Source: an uncultured Oscillospiraceae bacterium (GTDB taxonomy: Bacteria > Bacillota > Clostridia > Oscillospirales > Oscillospiraceae). From it: a stretch of DNA of 64,000 bases. The notes under the pieces were generated by a model. That model was not told the origin of the DNA. It saw only the letters and a list, made by a program, of their open reading frames with translations, and did not search any database. A program made the position numbers and the translations under genes. Numbering within the stretch: the first letter of the stretch is position 1; every line of letters begins with the position of its first letter. Positions 18,325-27,607 of the stretch are shown here, one piece after another. The DNA lies in NCBI GenBank assembly GCA_944387285.1, contig CALXEH010000001.1, positions 9,880 through 73,879 of the forward strand, given 5' to 3'.

Positions 18325-18348
18325 GCCCGGACGCAGATGCGTCCGGGC
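18325..18348. terminator. Hairpin GCCCGGACGC-N4-GCGTCCGGGC (copy 2)
   Basis: The stem arms are the same as in copy 1. It lies 6 nt beyond the stop of the 78-aa ORF. Confidence 0.5.
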
Positions 18349-18354
18349 TTAATC

Positions 18355-18591
18355 TTATTCTTCCTTATCCTTTTGCTCTTTGAGCTGTTTTCGGATGTTC
18401 AGGACGATGCTGACGGCTATGGCCAGTTCTGCGGCGGCCATGGCGGCCATCACGCAGATGTAGACGGCGGTCGAGACCCCGGCCTCGCCTGCCCGGTTCA
18501 GCTCTACGAGCTTGAACATGATATACGGCAGGTAGAGCACGGCCAGTATCCTTATCACCAGGCCGCCGTTGAGCTTAACCCTGCTGCCCAT
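18355..18591 (-). CDS. Small hypothetical membrane protein (two predicted TM helices)
   Basis: 78 aa with two hydrophobic stretches (LVIRILAVLYLPYIMF; VYICVMAAMAAAELAIAVSIVL) and a Lys/Glu tail. Its start overlaps the rbsK stop by 17 nt. I do not recognise a family. Confidence 0.45.
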   Translation of the reverse strand: MGSRVKLNGGLVIRILAVLYLPYIMFKLVELNRAGEAGVSTAVYICVMAAMAAAELAIAVSIVLNIRKQLKEQKDKEE

Positions 18592-19471
18592 ACTCGTCCA
18601 GCTCCGACGCGGAGGGTATCGAGGGCGCCGCGCCCTTGCGCGAGACCGCTATCGACGCCGCGCGCGCCGCGCGCAGCAGCGATTCCTCTACGCTCCGGCC
18701 CGTCATCCAGCCCTCCAGGAAAAAGCCCGAGAAGGTGTCGCCCGCCGCTGTCGTGTCCACCGCCTTGGTCGGTACGGCCGCCTGGAAGCAGCGCCGTTCC
18801 GCGTCCGAGTACCAGGCCCCGTCCGAGCCCAGCGTCAGTATGACCGCCGCCGTCGGGTGCGCGCCCGCGAACCAGTCCAGTATCGCCTCCGGCTCCGAGG
18901 CAGGCAGGCCGCTTATCTGCGCGCCCTCCACCTCGTTCACCAGGAACAGGTCCACCTTGTCCAAATCGCAGCCCAGCACCGCCCCGTCGAAGGGCGAGGG
19001 GTTCAGCACGACCTTCAGCCCACGCGCGTGCGCCTCGTCGATTATCTCGTCCAGCCGGTTCACCTCGTTCTGCAGCAGGATCATGTCCCCTGCCCCGAAG
19101 TTCGCCAGCACTTCCTTGATGTACTCCGTCGTCACCGCGCGGTTCGTGCCGCCGTAGACGATGATGCAGTTCTGGCCCTTCGCGTCCACCTGGATGACCG
19201 TGTGGCCCGGCGCGGCGTCCGCGTGACGTATGAGCGAGGTGTCCACGCCGTTCTGCTCGAGCATATCCGTCAGCAGCTCGCCGCCCGTGCCGCAGATGCC
19301 CGCGTGCCAGACCGGCAGCCCGGCCTTGGCCATCGCCACGGACTGGTTCAGGCCCTTGCCGCCCGCGAAGGTCTCGCGGCCTGTGGAAAATATCGTCTCG
19401 CCGGGCGCGACGATGTGGTCGAGCGAGTACACATAGTCGATGTTCATTGAGCCAAAGCACAGAGCCTTCAT
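18575..19471 (-). CDS. rbsK: Ribokinase (PfkB family)
   Basis: 298 aa with GGKGLNQSVAMAKAG, NEVE and DTTAAGDTF motifs. Confidence 0.88.
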   Translation of the reverse strand: MKALCFGSMNIDYVYSLDHIVAPGETIFSTGRETFAGGKGLNQSVAMAKAGLPVWHAGICGTGGELLTDMLEQNGVDTSLIRHADAAPGHTVIQVDAKGQNCIIVYGGTNRAVTTEYIKEVLANFGAGDMILLQNEVNRLDEIIDEAHARGLKVVLNPSPFDGAVLGCDLDKVDLFLVNEVEGAQISGLPASEPEAILDWFAGAHPTAAVILTLGSDGAWYSDAERRCFQAAVPTKAVDTTAAGDTFSGFFLEGWMTGRSVEESLLRAARAASIAVSRKGAAPSIPSASELDEYGQQG

Positions 19472-19491
19472 GCCGGTCTCCCTTCCTCCGC

Positions 19492-19887
19492 TCAGAATAT
19501 GCAGCCCGCCGTGAGTATCACGTTCGGGTAGGGCGTGAATTCACCCGTGCGGATGGCAAACTTCAGGTTCGCAGAGCGCTTCTTGAGCTCGGTATGCGGT
19601 ATCTTCTCGCAGGGCAGGCCCGCCAGCTTCTCCTGCATGTAGGCCAGCAGCTCCGGGTTGTGCTCGTCGATCTCCTCGGCGAGGGTGCAGCTCTCCACGC
19701 AGGTCTCGGCCAGCACGGCGTCCAGGGTCTGCTTGAAGCTCGGCACGCCGCCGACCAGCACGAGGTCGACTATCTCCACGCCCTTCGGGATGGGCATGCC
19801 CGCGTCGGCTATCATAAACGTGTCCTTGTGGCCCAGGGCGGTGATGAGGCCCATGAGCTGGGCGTTGAGTATTCCGGTCTTCTTCAT
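19492..19887 (-). CDS. rbsD: D-ribose pyranase
   Basis: 131 aa. MKKTGILNAQLMGLITALGHKDTFMIADAGMPIP closely parallels E. coli RbsD as I recall it. Confidence 0.88.
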   Translation of the reverse strand: MKKTGILNAQLMGLITALGHKDTFMIADAGMPIPKGVEIVDLVLVGGVPSFKQTLDAVLAETCVESCTLAEEIDEHNPELLAYMQEKLAGLPCEKIPHTELKKRSANLKFAIRTGEFTPYPNVILTAGCIF

Positions 19888-19888
19888 A

Positions 19889-20929
19889 TCACTTCGCCTC
19901 GTTCTTGACGCGCAGGGCCATCTTGGCCTGCAGGTTGCGCTGGTACTGGTCGATAACGACGGCGAGGATGATGACGCCGCCCTTGATGACGTTCTGCCAG
20001 AACTCGGTGACGCCGCACATGGTCATGCCGTCGTTGAGCACGCCGATGACGAAGGCGCCGACGAAGGTGCCGCCGATGGTGCCGATGCCGCCGGCCATGG
20101 AGGTGCCGCCGAGGACGGAGGCCGCGATGGCGTTCATTTCCCAGCCGTCGCCGCCGGCCGGGTGCGCGGCCATGAGCTGGGCGGTGTTGATGATGCCGAC
20201 CAGCGCGGCGCAGGCGCCGGAGAGCATGTAGACGTAGATCTTCACCCTGTCGGGCTTGATGCCGCTCATCTTGGCGGCGCGCTCGTTGCCGCCGACGGCG
20301 TAGACGTGCCAGCCGAAGGTGGTCTTGCGCAGCAGGATGGCCGTGATGACCGAGAGTATCACCAGCAGGATGGCGCCCACGGGTATGCCGGCTATCGACG
20401 AGCCCATGAACTTCAGGCCGGTGTTGCCCAGGCCCTCATAGCCGGAGATGTTCGAGAAGGTAGCGCCGCCGGAGATGATGTTCGCAAAGCCGCGGCAGAT
20501 GTACATGGTGCCCAGGGTGGTGATGAAGGGCGCGACGTGCAGTTTTGTTATGACCGCGCCGTTTATCCAGCCTATCAGGCAGCCCAGCAGGATGACCAGG
20601 AGTATGACCATGGGCACGCTGAAATACATCGTATAGCCGCCGACGGTCAGGCCCTTCTGGATGAGGTAGCCGGCGATCATGCCGCCCAGGCCGACCACGC
20701 TGCCCACGGACAGGTCGATGCCGCCCGTGATGACGACGTAGGTCATGCCGATGGCCAGGATGCCGTAGAGCGCGACGTGCTTCGCCACCATCATGAAGGT
20801 CGAGGGTGAGAAGAAGTTCGGGCTGAGCACGCTGAACAGCACCACGAGGATTATCAGGACTATGAAGGTGCGGCCCTTCAGCAGGGTCATTATGAAATCG
20901 TTTTTATCATACTGTTTCTTGGTTTTCAT
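19889..20929 (-). CDS. Sugar ABC transporter permease (CUT2, RbsC-like)
   Basis: 346 aa, polytopic. The GGIDLSVGS motif is typical of the RbsC/AraH family. Confidence 0.85.
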   Translation of the reverse strand: MKTKKQYDKNDFIMTLLKGRTFIVLIILVVLFSVLSPNFFSPSTFMMVAKHVALYGILAIGMTYVVITGGIDLSVGSVVGLGGMIAGYLIQKGLTVGGYTMYFSVPMVILLVILLGCLIGWINGAVITKLHVAPFITTLGTMYICRGFANIISGGATFSNISGYEGLGNTGLKFMGSSIAGIPVGAILLVILSVITAILLRKTTFGWHVYAVGGNERAAKMSGIKPDRVKIYVYMLSGACAALVGIINTAQLMAAHPAGGDGWEMNAIAASVLGGTSMAGGIGTIGGTFVGAFVIGVLNDGMTMCGVTEFWQNVIKGGVIILAVVIDQYQRNLQAKMALRVKNEAK

Positions 20930-20947
20930 CTCGTCGCTCCCCTTTAA

Positions 20948-22501
20948 TTAGGCTGTGGCCTCAGCTTCGGCGTCGGTATGGTGGCCGGCGTAGGAGGCAA
21001 GGACAAGGTCGTCCTCGGTGAGGCCCTCGCCCGCTATGAATTCCGCGGTCTTCACGCCGTTGGACAGCACCATGATCCTGTCCGCGATGTTCATTATCTC
21101 CTTCAGCTCCGAGGACACGACGATTATCGTCAGGCCCTGGTCGGCGTACTGGTGGATGATATCAAAGACTTCGGTCTTGGCGCCGATATCTATGCCCCTG
21201 GAGGGCTCGTCCATGAGCAGGATCTTCGGCCCTATCAGAAGGCCCTTGCCTATGACGACCTTCTGCTGGTTGCCGCCCGAGAGCGAGAGGATGGGCAGCT
21301 TCTTGTCCGCGACCTTGATGTGGATGTCCTCGATGACCCTGTCCACATCCGCGTCCTCGGCCTTCTGGCTGAGGAACACGCGCTTTGCGTACTTCTTGAG
21401 GTTGGAAAGAGAGGTGTTTTTCTCGATATCCATCGTCTGGACGAGGCCGGAACCCTGCCTGTCCTCGGGCACGATGGCTATGCCCTTCTTGATCTGCTCC
21501 GAGGTCTGGCCTATCTTGAGCTTCTGGCCCTCGAGCCAGATATCGCCCGTGTGCTCGGGACGCAGGCCCATGATGCACTCCATGAGCTCGCTCCGGCCCG
21601 CGCCCAGCAGGCCGTACACGCCGAATATCTCGCCCTTCTTGACCTCGAAGTTCACGTTGTGCAGCAGCCAGCCGCCGCCCTTCTTCGGCAGGCTGAGGTT
21701 TTCGACCTTGAGCTCCACCGGCTGCTTGCTGAGGTCGATGGCCCTCGGCGTCCGGGTATAGCTCTTGTTCTCGCCGACCATGTTCGTGACTATCCAGCTG
21801 AGCTGGATGTCCTTCACGTCCGCGTCCGCGACGTAGTGCCCGTCGCGCAGGATGGTGACGTGGTCGCCTATCTCCATGATCTCCTCAAGCCTGTGGGAGA
21901 TGTAGACTATCGAGATGCCCGCCTCGGTCAGCTCGCGCATGATGTCGAACAGCACCTTGACCTCCTGGTTCGAGAGCGAGGACGTGGGCTCGTCCATGAT
22001 GAGTATCTTGAGGTCCTCCTCGACGAGGTTGCGCGCTATCTCGACCATCTGCTGCTGGCCGACGCGCAGGTCGCCGACCTGGGTATTGGGCGCCATGCGG
22101 TGCTGCAGGCGCTCGAGCACCTTCTTCGTGCCCTCGATGTGGGCGGCGTTGTCCACGAAGGGGCCCTTGGTCTTCTCGTGGTTCATGTAGATGTTCTGGG
22201 CGATGGTCAGGTTCGGGAACAGGCTCAGCTCCTGGTGGATGATGCCTATGCCCTTCGCCCGCGCGGCCGAGGTGTTCTTGAACGAGACCTCCTGGCCTTC
22301 CATGTAGATCTTGCCGCCCGAGGGCTGCTCGATGCCGGCGATTATCTTCATGAGCGTGCTCTTGCCCGCGCCGTTCTCGCCGATGAGCACGTTCACCTTG
22401 CCGCGCAGCACGTCGAAGCTGACGTGGTCGAGCGCCTTCGTGCCGGGGTAGACCTTTTCTATCTGTTCACAGTGCAGGACAACATTCGGATCGTCAAACA
22501 T
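20948..22501 (-). CDS. Sugar ABC transporter ATP-binding protein with duplicated ATPase domains (CUT2, RbsA-like)
   Basis: 517 aa with Walker A GENGAGKST, a second degenerate nucleotide-binding domain, LSGGNQQK and LLMDEPSRGID. Confidence 0.88.
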   Translation of the reverse strand: MFDDPNVVLHCEQIEKVYPGTKALDHVSFDVLRGKVNVLIGENGAGKSTLMKIIAGIEQPSGGKIYMEGQEVSFKNTSAARAKGIGIIHQELSLFPNLTIAQNIYMNHEKTKGPFVDNAAHIEGTKKVLERLQHRMAPNTQVGDLRVGQQQMVEIARNLVEEDLKILIMDEPTSSLSNQEVKVLFDIMRELTEAGISIVYISHRLEEIMEIGDHVTILRDGHYVADADVKDIQLSWIVTNMVGENKSYTRTPRAIDLSKQPVELKVENLSLPKKGGGWLLHNVNFEVKKGEIFGVYGLLGAGRSELMECIMGLRPEHTGDIWLEGQKLKIGQTSEQIKKGIAIVPEDRQGSGLVQTMDIEKNTSLSNLKKYAKRVFLSQKAEDADVDRVIEDIHIKVADKKLPILSLSGGNQQKVVIGKGLLIGPKILLMDEPSRGIDIGAKTEVFDIIHQYADQGLTIIVVSSELKEIMNIADRIMVLSNGVKTAEFIAGEGLTEDDLVLASYAGHHTDAEAEATA

Positions 22502-22514
22502 GGGCCCTTCCCCC

Positions 22515-23108
22515 TCACTGGACGCTGATGGCCACAGGCGTCACGGTGACGGTGGCGGCATCAGGCGTGAAGCAGCCGATGATCTCGACGGTCTTGCCGA
22601 CGAGCGCGTTCAGGTCGCCCAGAGGCTCAATGACGTTCGTCATCACCTCGTCGTTGACGGTCTTGGCGTACTGCGACCACTCGGTCTGGTTGGTGAAGTC
22701 CTCATAGCCCTTGCTGGTCTGGCAGTCGCGCACCGTGGTGCCGCTGAAGACGCTGCCGACCTGGATGCGGACCTCCTTGCCGTCCACGCCCTCGACGGTC
22801 ATGACGAGGTAGCCCTTCGGGCTGTCGGTGTTGTACTCCTCCACGGTGCCGCTGAAGCTGACGCAGTAGGAGCTGCCGTTTGCGGCGCTGGCAAGGGTAT
22901 CGGCCAGGGGCTGGGCGGAGCCGGTGAGCTCCTCGGCGATGATGTCCCAGTCGTCCGCGGCGGCGGCGCTGGCGTCGAACTTGACCTCGCCGGTGTAGTC
23001 GCTTTCCGTACCAACGGGGATGACCTTTACGATGCCGCAGCCGGACATTGTCAGCATGAGCAGCGCGGCAATGAGCAGAATGGCGGTTACGAGGCTGAGT
23101 TTTTTCAT
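22515..23108 (-). CDS. Lipoprotein, DUF2291-like (accessory to CUT2 sugar importers)
   Basis: 197 aa from the ATG at 23108 (RBS GGAGAGG), with lipobox LTMSGC. The family assignment is from memory of its position between SBP and ATPase genes. Confidence 0.55.
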   Translation of the reverse strand: MKKLSLVTAILLIAALLMLTMSGCGIVKVIPVGTESDYTGEVKFDASAAAADDWDIIAEELTGSAQPLADTLASAANGSSYCVSFSGTVEEYNTDSPKGYLVMTVEGVDGKEVRIQVGSVFSGTTVRDCQTSKGYEDFTNQTEWSQYAKTVNDEVMTNVIEPLGDLNALVGKTVEIIGCFTPDAATVTVTPVAISVQ

Positions 23109-23218
23109 CTTATCCTCTCCTTGCAAATTTTGGCTTACATCATGCGGGGGGCATATTCCGCGCGCCTCCGGTCAGGGCGCACCGGGAGAACCCGGAATGT
23201 ACCCCCTCGCTTTGGGAT

Positions 23219-23250
23219 GCCGCCGCCCGCTTTTGCACGGGCGGCGGCAC
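23219..23250 (-). other. Intercistronic 12-bp stem-loop downstream of the SBP gene
   Basis: TGCCGCCGCCCG-CTTTTGCA-CGGGCGGCGGCA, 16 nt after the SBP stop. No strong U-tract follows on the minus strand. Confidence 0.5.
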
Positions 23251-23265
23251 GGGGTTCAGACTTTA

Positions 23266-24318
23266 TCAGCCCTCGGTGTACACAAAGGCGGACAGGTTAT
23301 CGACGTTGTCGATGGTGATGGCCACGCAGGGGACGAGCTGCTTCTCGCCCACGCCGTCGAGGGTGGCGCCGTTGTTGTTGATGTAGTAGTCGCCCTGCTC
23401 AACAGCCATCTGGGCGATGAGGGCGCACTGCTGCAGCGCGGTGCCGACCATCTGGCCGCTCTTGATGAGGGCGGCGGCGTCGTCGGAGCCGTCAACACCG
23501 ATGATCTTGATGTCGCTGCGGCCGGCGTCGGCGCAGGCAGCGGCAGCGCCGCAGGCCATGGTGTCGTTGCCGCAGATGATGCCGGTGATCTCCGGGTTGG
23601 CCTCGAGTATGGCCTCGGTCTTCTCATAGGCCTCGGTCTGGTCCCAGTTGGCGGACTGCTGGGCCACCATCTCAAGACCCTCGTACTGGTCGATGACGGA
23701 GTGGAAGTTCTCGCTGCGGACCTGGCAGTTGGTGTCGCTCTCGAGGCCGAGCAGCTCGGCGTACTTGCCCTCGTAGTTCATGGCCTCGACCCACTTCTCG
23801 GCGATGGCGGCGGCGCCCTGCGCGTTGTCGGCGACTATCTGGGCCACGGCGATGCCGGTGGTGTTGATCTCACGGTCGATGAGGAAGCAGGGGATGCCCG
23901 CGTCGTAGGCGGCCTGGACGGCCTCGATGGTGGCGTCGGCGCCGGCGTTGTCGAGGACTATGAACGCGGCCTTGTCGGCGATGGCGGCCTCGATGGCCTC
24001 GAGCTGACGGGAAGCGTCGTCGTCGTGGGAAACGGTCTTGACCTCGTAGCCCAGGGCCTCGGCGGTCTCACGGGCGACCTCGGCCTCGGTGGCGAAGAAC
24101 ACGTTCGAGGTGGCCGGGGTGATCACGTAGACGATGTTGCTGCCGCCGCCGGGCAGGAAGGTGGCTTCGTCGCCGCCCTCATCGGCGGGCTCGGTGACCT
24201 CGGGGGCCTCGGTCTGGGTGTCGTCCGGAGTGTCTGTCGGCGTGCTGTCGGTGCTGCCGCAGGCGGCCAGCGCGAACACCATCGCAAGCGCGAGGAGCAG
24301 TGCAAGGAACTTTTTCAT
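23266..24318 (-). CDS. Sugar ABC transporter substrate-binding lipoprotein (RbsB/periplasmic-binding-protein type I fold)
   Basis: 350 aa from the ATG at 24318 (RBS GGAGG), with lipobox ALAACGS and an acidic Thr/Pro linker. VYVITPATSNVFF and FIVLDNAGADA are typical of Peripla_BP_4 proteins. Confidence 0.85.
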   Translation of the reverse strand: MKKFLALLLALAMVFALAACGSTDSTPTDTPDDTQTEAPEVTEPADEGGDEATFLPGGGSNIVYVITPATSNVFFATEAEVARETAEALGYEVKTVSHDDDASRQLEAIEAAIADKAAFIVLDNAGADATIEAVQAAYDAGIPCFLIDREINTTGIAVAQIVADNAQGAAAIAEKWVEAMNYEGKYAELLGLESDTNCQVRSENFHSVIDQYEGLEMVAQQSANWDQTEAYEKTEAILEANPEITGIICGNDTMACGAAAACADAGRSDIKIIGVDGSDDAAALIKSGQMVGTALQQCALIAQMAVEQGDYYINNNGATLDGVGEKQLVPCVAITIDNVDNLSAFVYTEG

Positions 24319-24372
24319 TTGTTTGACCTCCAAATAATTTTTATAGTACGGGCCAGGCCCGCAATATACCGG

Positions 24373-25851
24373 TTAATCGTGCGTGAGCGCCTGCCTCACC
24401 GCGGCCTTCCAGCCGCCGTAGAGCCCGGCCCTGCGCTCTTCGGGCATCGCCGGGGCGTAGGCCCTGCGCTTCACGTGTTCATAGACCCTGTCCGGGTCGT
24501 ATATGCCGGCCGAGATGCCCGCGGCGTAGGCCGCGCCCATGCCGGAGAGCTCCTGCAGGTTCGGCACCTCCACCGAGGCCCGGGCCATGTCGGCCTGGAA
24601 CTGCATCAGATAGCTGCTGGCGGTCGGCCCGCCGTCCACGCGCAGGCTGCCCAGCTCCACGCCCGCGTCGTGCCGCATCAGCTCCGTCAGGTCGGTTATC
24701 TGGTACGCGATGCACTCGAGGCAGGCTTTGGCGATCTCCGCCCGGCCCGTCGTGCGGCTCACGCCCGTGAGCAGGCCGGATGCCCGGCTGTCCCAGTAGG
24801 GCGCGCCCAGGCCCGAGAAGGCCGGCACGAAGTAGGCCCTGTCGTTCGGGTTCGCCGCCAGCGCGAGCTCCGTGGCCTCGGCGTCCGTCTGAATGAGCCC
24901 CACGTCCTTGCGCAGCCAGGTCATGACCGCGCCGGTGTAGTTGAGGTTGCCCTCGAAGACGTACTCCACCCTGCCGTTCATGCCCCAGGCGAGGCTCGTG
25001 ACCAGCCTGCCCTCGGAAAACCTCGGCTGCGCGCCGATATTCATCATGACCGACGAACCGGTGCCGTAGGTGGCCTTGACCTGGCCGGGCTTGCGGCAGT
25101 CCTGCCCGAACAGGGCGCCGTGGCTGTCGCCCAGCACGCCGCAGACGGGTATTGGCTCGTCCAGGTAGCCGCCCAGATCGGTCATGCCGAAGACCGAATC
25201 GCTCATCCGCACCTCGGGCAGCGCGTCCACCGGCACGCCGAAGGCCCGGCAGAGGCCCTCGTCCCAGCGCAGCTTCGTGATGTCGAAGAGCTGGGTGCGG
25301 CTGGCGTTCGAGTAGTCCGTGGCGTGTACCTTTTCCCGCGTCAAAAACGAGAGCAGCCAGCTGTCCACGGTGCCGAAGCAGAGCCTCCCCTGCCCTGCGA
25401 GCTCGCGCGCCTCGGGCACGTTCTCCATTATCCAGCCCATCTTCGAGGCCGGGAAATAGGGCGAGAGGTTCATGCCGCTTATCTTCCGCACTTCCCCGGC
25501 CATGCCCGAGAGCCGCTCGCAGACCTTTTCGGCCCGCGCGCACTGCCAGACGATGGCGTGGCAGATGCTCCTGCCCGTCTCCCTGTCCCAGGCGACCGTG
25601 GTCTCGCGCTGGTTCGAGATGCCGAAGGCGGCGATGTCATTTTTGTCGATGCCCGCCTTTTCCACCGTGTCGCGGCAGACGGCGAGGGTGTTTTCGCGTA
25701 TCTCCTCGGGGTCGTGGCTGACCCAGCCGAGCTCGCTGATTATCTGCCTGTGCGGCCTGTCGGCCCGGCAGACGAGCACGCCGTCCTCGTCAAACAGCAG
25801 GCCCTTGGTGCCCTGGGTGGACTGATCCACCGCGAGTACATAGCGGCTCAT
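24373..25851 (-). CDS. FGGY-family carbohydrate kinase (GlpK-like)
   Basis: 492 aa from the ATG at 25851 (ATGA overlap with the upstream stop). Motifs: YVLAVDQSTQGTKGLLFD, GWVSHDPEEI, GISNQRETTVAWD, IVWQCARA. The longer ORF-track start runs into the upstream gene. Confidence 0.85.
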   Translation of the reverse strand: MSRYVLAVDQSTQGTKGLLFDEDGVLVCRADRPHRQIISELGWVSHDPEEIRENTLAVCRDTVEKAGIDKNDIAAFGISNQRETTVAWDRETGRSICHAIVWQCARAEKVCERLSGMAGEVRKISGMNLSPYFPASKMGWIMENVPEARELAGQGRLCFGTVDSWLLSFLTREKVHATDYSNASRTQLFDITKLRWDEGLCRAFGVPVDALPEVRMSDSVFGMTDLGGYLDEPIPVCGVLGDSHGALFGQDCRKPGQVKATYGTGSSVMMNIGAQPRFSEGRLVTSLAWGMNGRVEYVFEGNLNYTGAVMTWLRKDVGLIQTDAEATELALAANPNDRAYFVPAFSGLGAPYWDSRASGLLTGVSRTTGRAEIAKACLECIAYQITDLTELMRHDAGVELGSLRVDGGPTASSYLMQFQADMARASVEVPNLQELSGMGAAYAAGISAGIYDPDRVYEHVKRRAYAPAMPEERRAGLYGGWKAAVRQALTHD

Positions 25852-26774
25852 TTGAGCAGCTCCAGCGCGGTCTTCTCGATGCCGGCGGCGTCGAGCCCGT
25901 AGTGCGCGAACACCTGCTTGGAGTTGCCGGTCACGACCGGGCTGTCGGGCAGGCACAGGTTCACTACCCTGCACGGGGCCTCGGCCGCCGTCACCTGCGC
26001 GACCATGGAGCCCAGGCCGCCTATCGCGACGTGCTCCTCAACGGTGATTATCGTGCCGGTCTGCGCGGCCTTCAGCACTGCCTCGCGGTCGAGGGGCTTC
26101 ACGCAGTACATGTCTATCACTGTGGCCTCTATGCCCTTTTCGGCCAGGGCCTCGGCCGCCTTCATGGCGTGCCAGACCAGCTCGCCGCAGGCGATGATGG
26201 CTATATCCCTGCCCTCGCGTATGACCGTGGCCTTGTCCATCTCGAAGGGTACCTTCCCCTCCTCGTACACGTCCTCGACGGCGTTGCGGCCGACGCGGAT
26301 GTAGGCGGGCTCGGTGTCGGCCATGAGCGCGCGGGTCAGCTTCTCGGTCTGGAAGCGGTCGGAGGGGAAATACACCCTCATGCCCGGGATGGAGCCTATC
26401 GTGGCTATGTCGGTCGTGGAGTGGTGGGTCATGCCGAGGGCGCCGTAGCTCACGCCGCCGGAGATGCCCAGGAGCTTCACGTTCATGTGCGAGTAGGCGC
26501 AGTCCACCTTCACCTGCTCCATCGACCTCGTGGACAGGAAGGACGCCGGGGACACGGCCATGGGCTTCTTGCCCGCGTTGGCCAGGCCCGCCGCCATCGA
26601 CACCAGCGACTGCTCCGCTATGCCGACCTCTATGAACTGCCCGGGCAGCTCGTCCGCGAAGGGAGTCATCGAGCCGGAACCGCGCGAGTCGGAGCAGAGG
26701 ACGACGATGTCCTTATCCTCCTTCGCGAGCTCCATGAGCACATTGCATACGACCTGCTTGTTCGCCGTTGCCAT
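25848..26774 (-). CDS. Transketolase, C-terminal (pyrimidine-binding) subunit
   Basis: 308 aa from the ATG at 26774 (TAATG overlap). Matching blocks: QVVCNVLMELAKEDKDIVVLCSDSRGSG, FIEVGIAEQSLV. Confidence 0.88.
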   Translation of the reverse strand: MATANKQVVCNVLMELAKEDKDIVVLCSDSRGSGSMTPFADELPGQFIEVGIAEQSLVSMAAGLANAGKKPMAVSPASFLSTRSMEQVKVDCAYSHMNVKLLGISGGVSYGALGMTHHSTTDIATIGSIPGMRVYFPSDRFQTEKLTRALMADTEPAYIRVGRNAVEDVYEEGKVPFEMDKATVIREGRDIAIIACGELVWHAMKAAEALAEKGIEATVIDMYCVKPLDREAVLKAAQTGTIITVEEHVAIGGLGSMVAQVTAAEAPCRVVNLCLPDSPVVTGNSKQVFAHYGLDAAGIEKTALELLK

Positions 26775-27607
26775 TACAGACCCGCCTTCCTTTCCGCCAG
26801 CTCGGCCATCGCCGTCTCGTACTGTTCGTCGTTCATGACCTTGTGATGCCACACGGCCAGGTTCTCCATGAAGGACACGCCCTTGCCCTTGGTCGTGTTC
26901 AGGATGATGACCGTGGGCTTGCCCTTGGTCTCCTTCGCCAGGCTTATCGCCGCGTCCACCGCGGCAATGTCGTTGCCCGGTATCGAGACCACGTTCCAGC
27001 CGAAGGCCGCCCAGCGGCGCTCCTGCTCGTCCTGGGCCATGACGTCCTCGGTGCTGCCGGAGATCTGCAGCCGGTTCCTGTCCACAAAGGCGGTCAGGTT
27101 GTCCAGCTTGAAGTGCCCGCCGGCCATGACGCCTTCCCAGACGCTGCCCTCGGCCAGCTCGCCGTCGCCCAGCACTGCGTAGACCCTGTAGGGCCGGCCG
27201 TCCATCTTGCCGGCCTTCGCCATGCCCACCGCCACGGAAAGCCCGTGGCCCAGCGAGCCGGAATTCATCTCTATGCCCGGTATCTTGTTGTTCGGATGCC
27301 CGATGAAGCGCGAGCCGTAGGCGCTGTAGGTGTCCATGAGCTCGGCCTTGTCGAAGTAGCCCCTGTCCGCCAGGATGCAGTAGAGCGTCTCCACCGAGTG
27401 GCCCTTCGAGAGCACGAAACGGTCGCGGTCAGGGTCGGACTCGTTCTCGGGCGAGCAGTTCAGGTGCTTGTAGTACAGCGCGACCAGAGCCTCGACCTCG
27501 CTCATGTCGCCGCCGATGTGGCCGCAGCCGGCCTTGTGGATGAGGGTCACGACGTCCGCGCGGATGTCGCAGGCCTTCCTTTCAAGCTCTGTTATTGTCA
27601 TGCTCAT
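26774..27607 (-). CDS. Transketolase, N-terminal (TPP-binding) subunit
   Basis: 277 aa with GCGHIGGDMS, GSLGHGLSVAVGMA and GDGELAEGSVWE motifs. Confidence 0.88.
   Translation of the reverse strand: MSMTITELERKACDIRADVVTLIHKAGCGHIGGDMSEVEALVALYYKHLNCSPENESDPDRDRFVLSKGHSVETLYCILADRGYFDKAELMDTYSAYGSRFIGHPNNKIPGIEMNSGSLGHGLSVAVGMAKAGKMDGRPYRVYAVLGDGELAEGSVWEGVMAGGHFKLDNLTAFVDRNRLQISGSTEDVMAQDEQERRWAAFGWNVVSIPGNDIAAVDAAISLAKETKGKPTVIILNTTKGKGVSFMENLAVWHHKVMNDEQYETAMAELAERKAGL

Noticed and set aside
23020-25902. 960-aa plus-strand ORF
   Set aside because: It lies antisense to the SBP and FGGY kinase genes, with low-complexity Gly/Ala/Arg/Val composition. This is a high-GC artefact.
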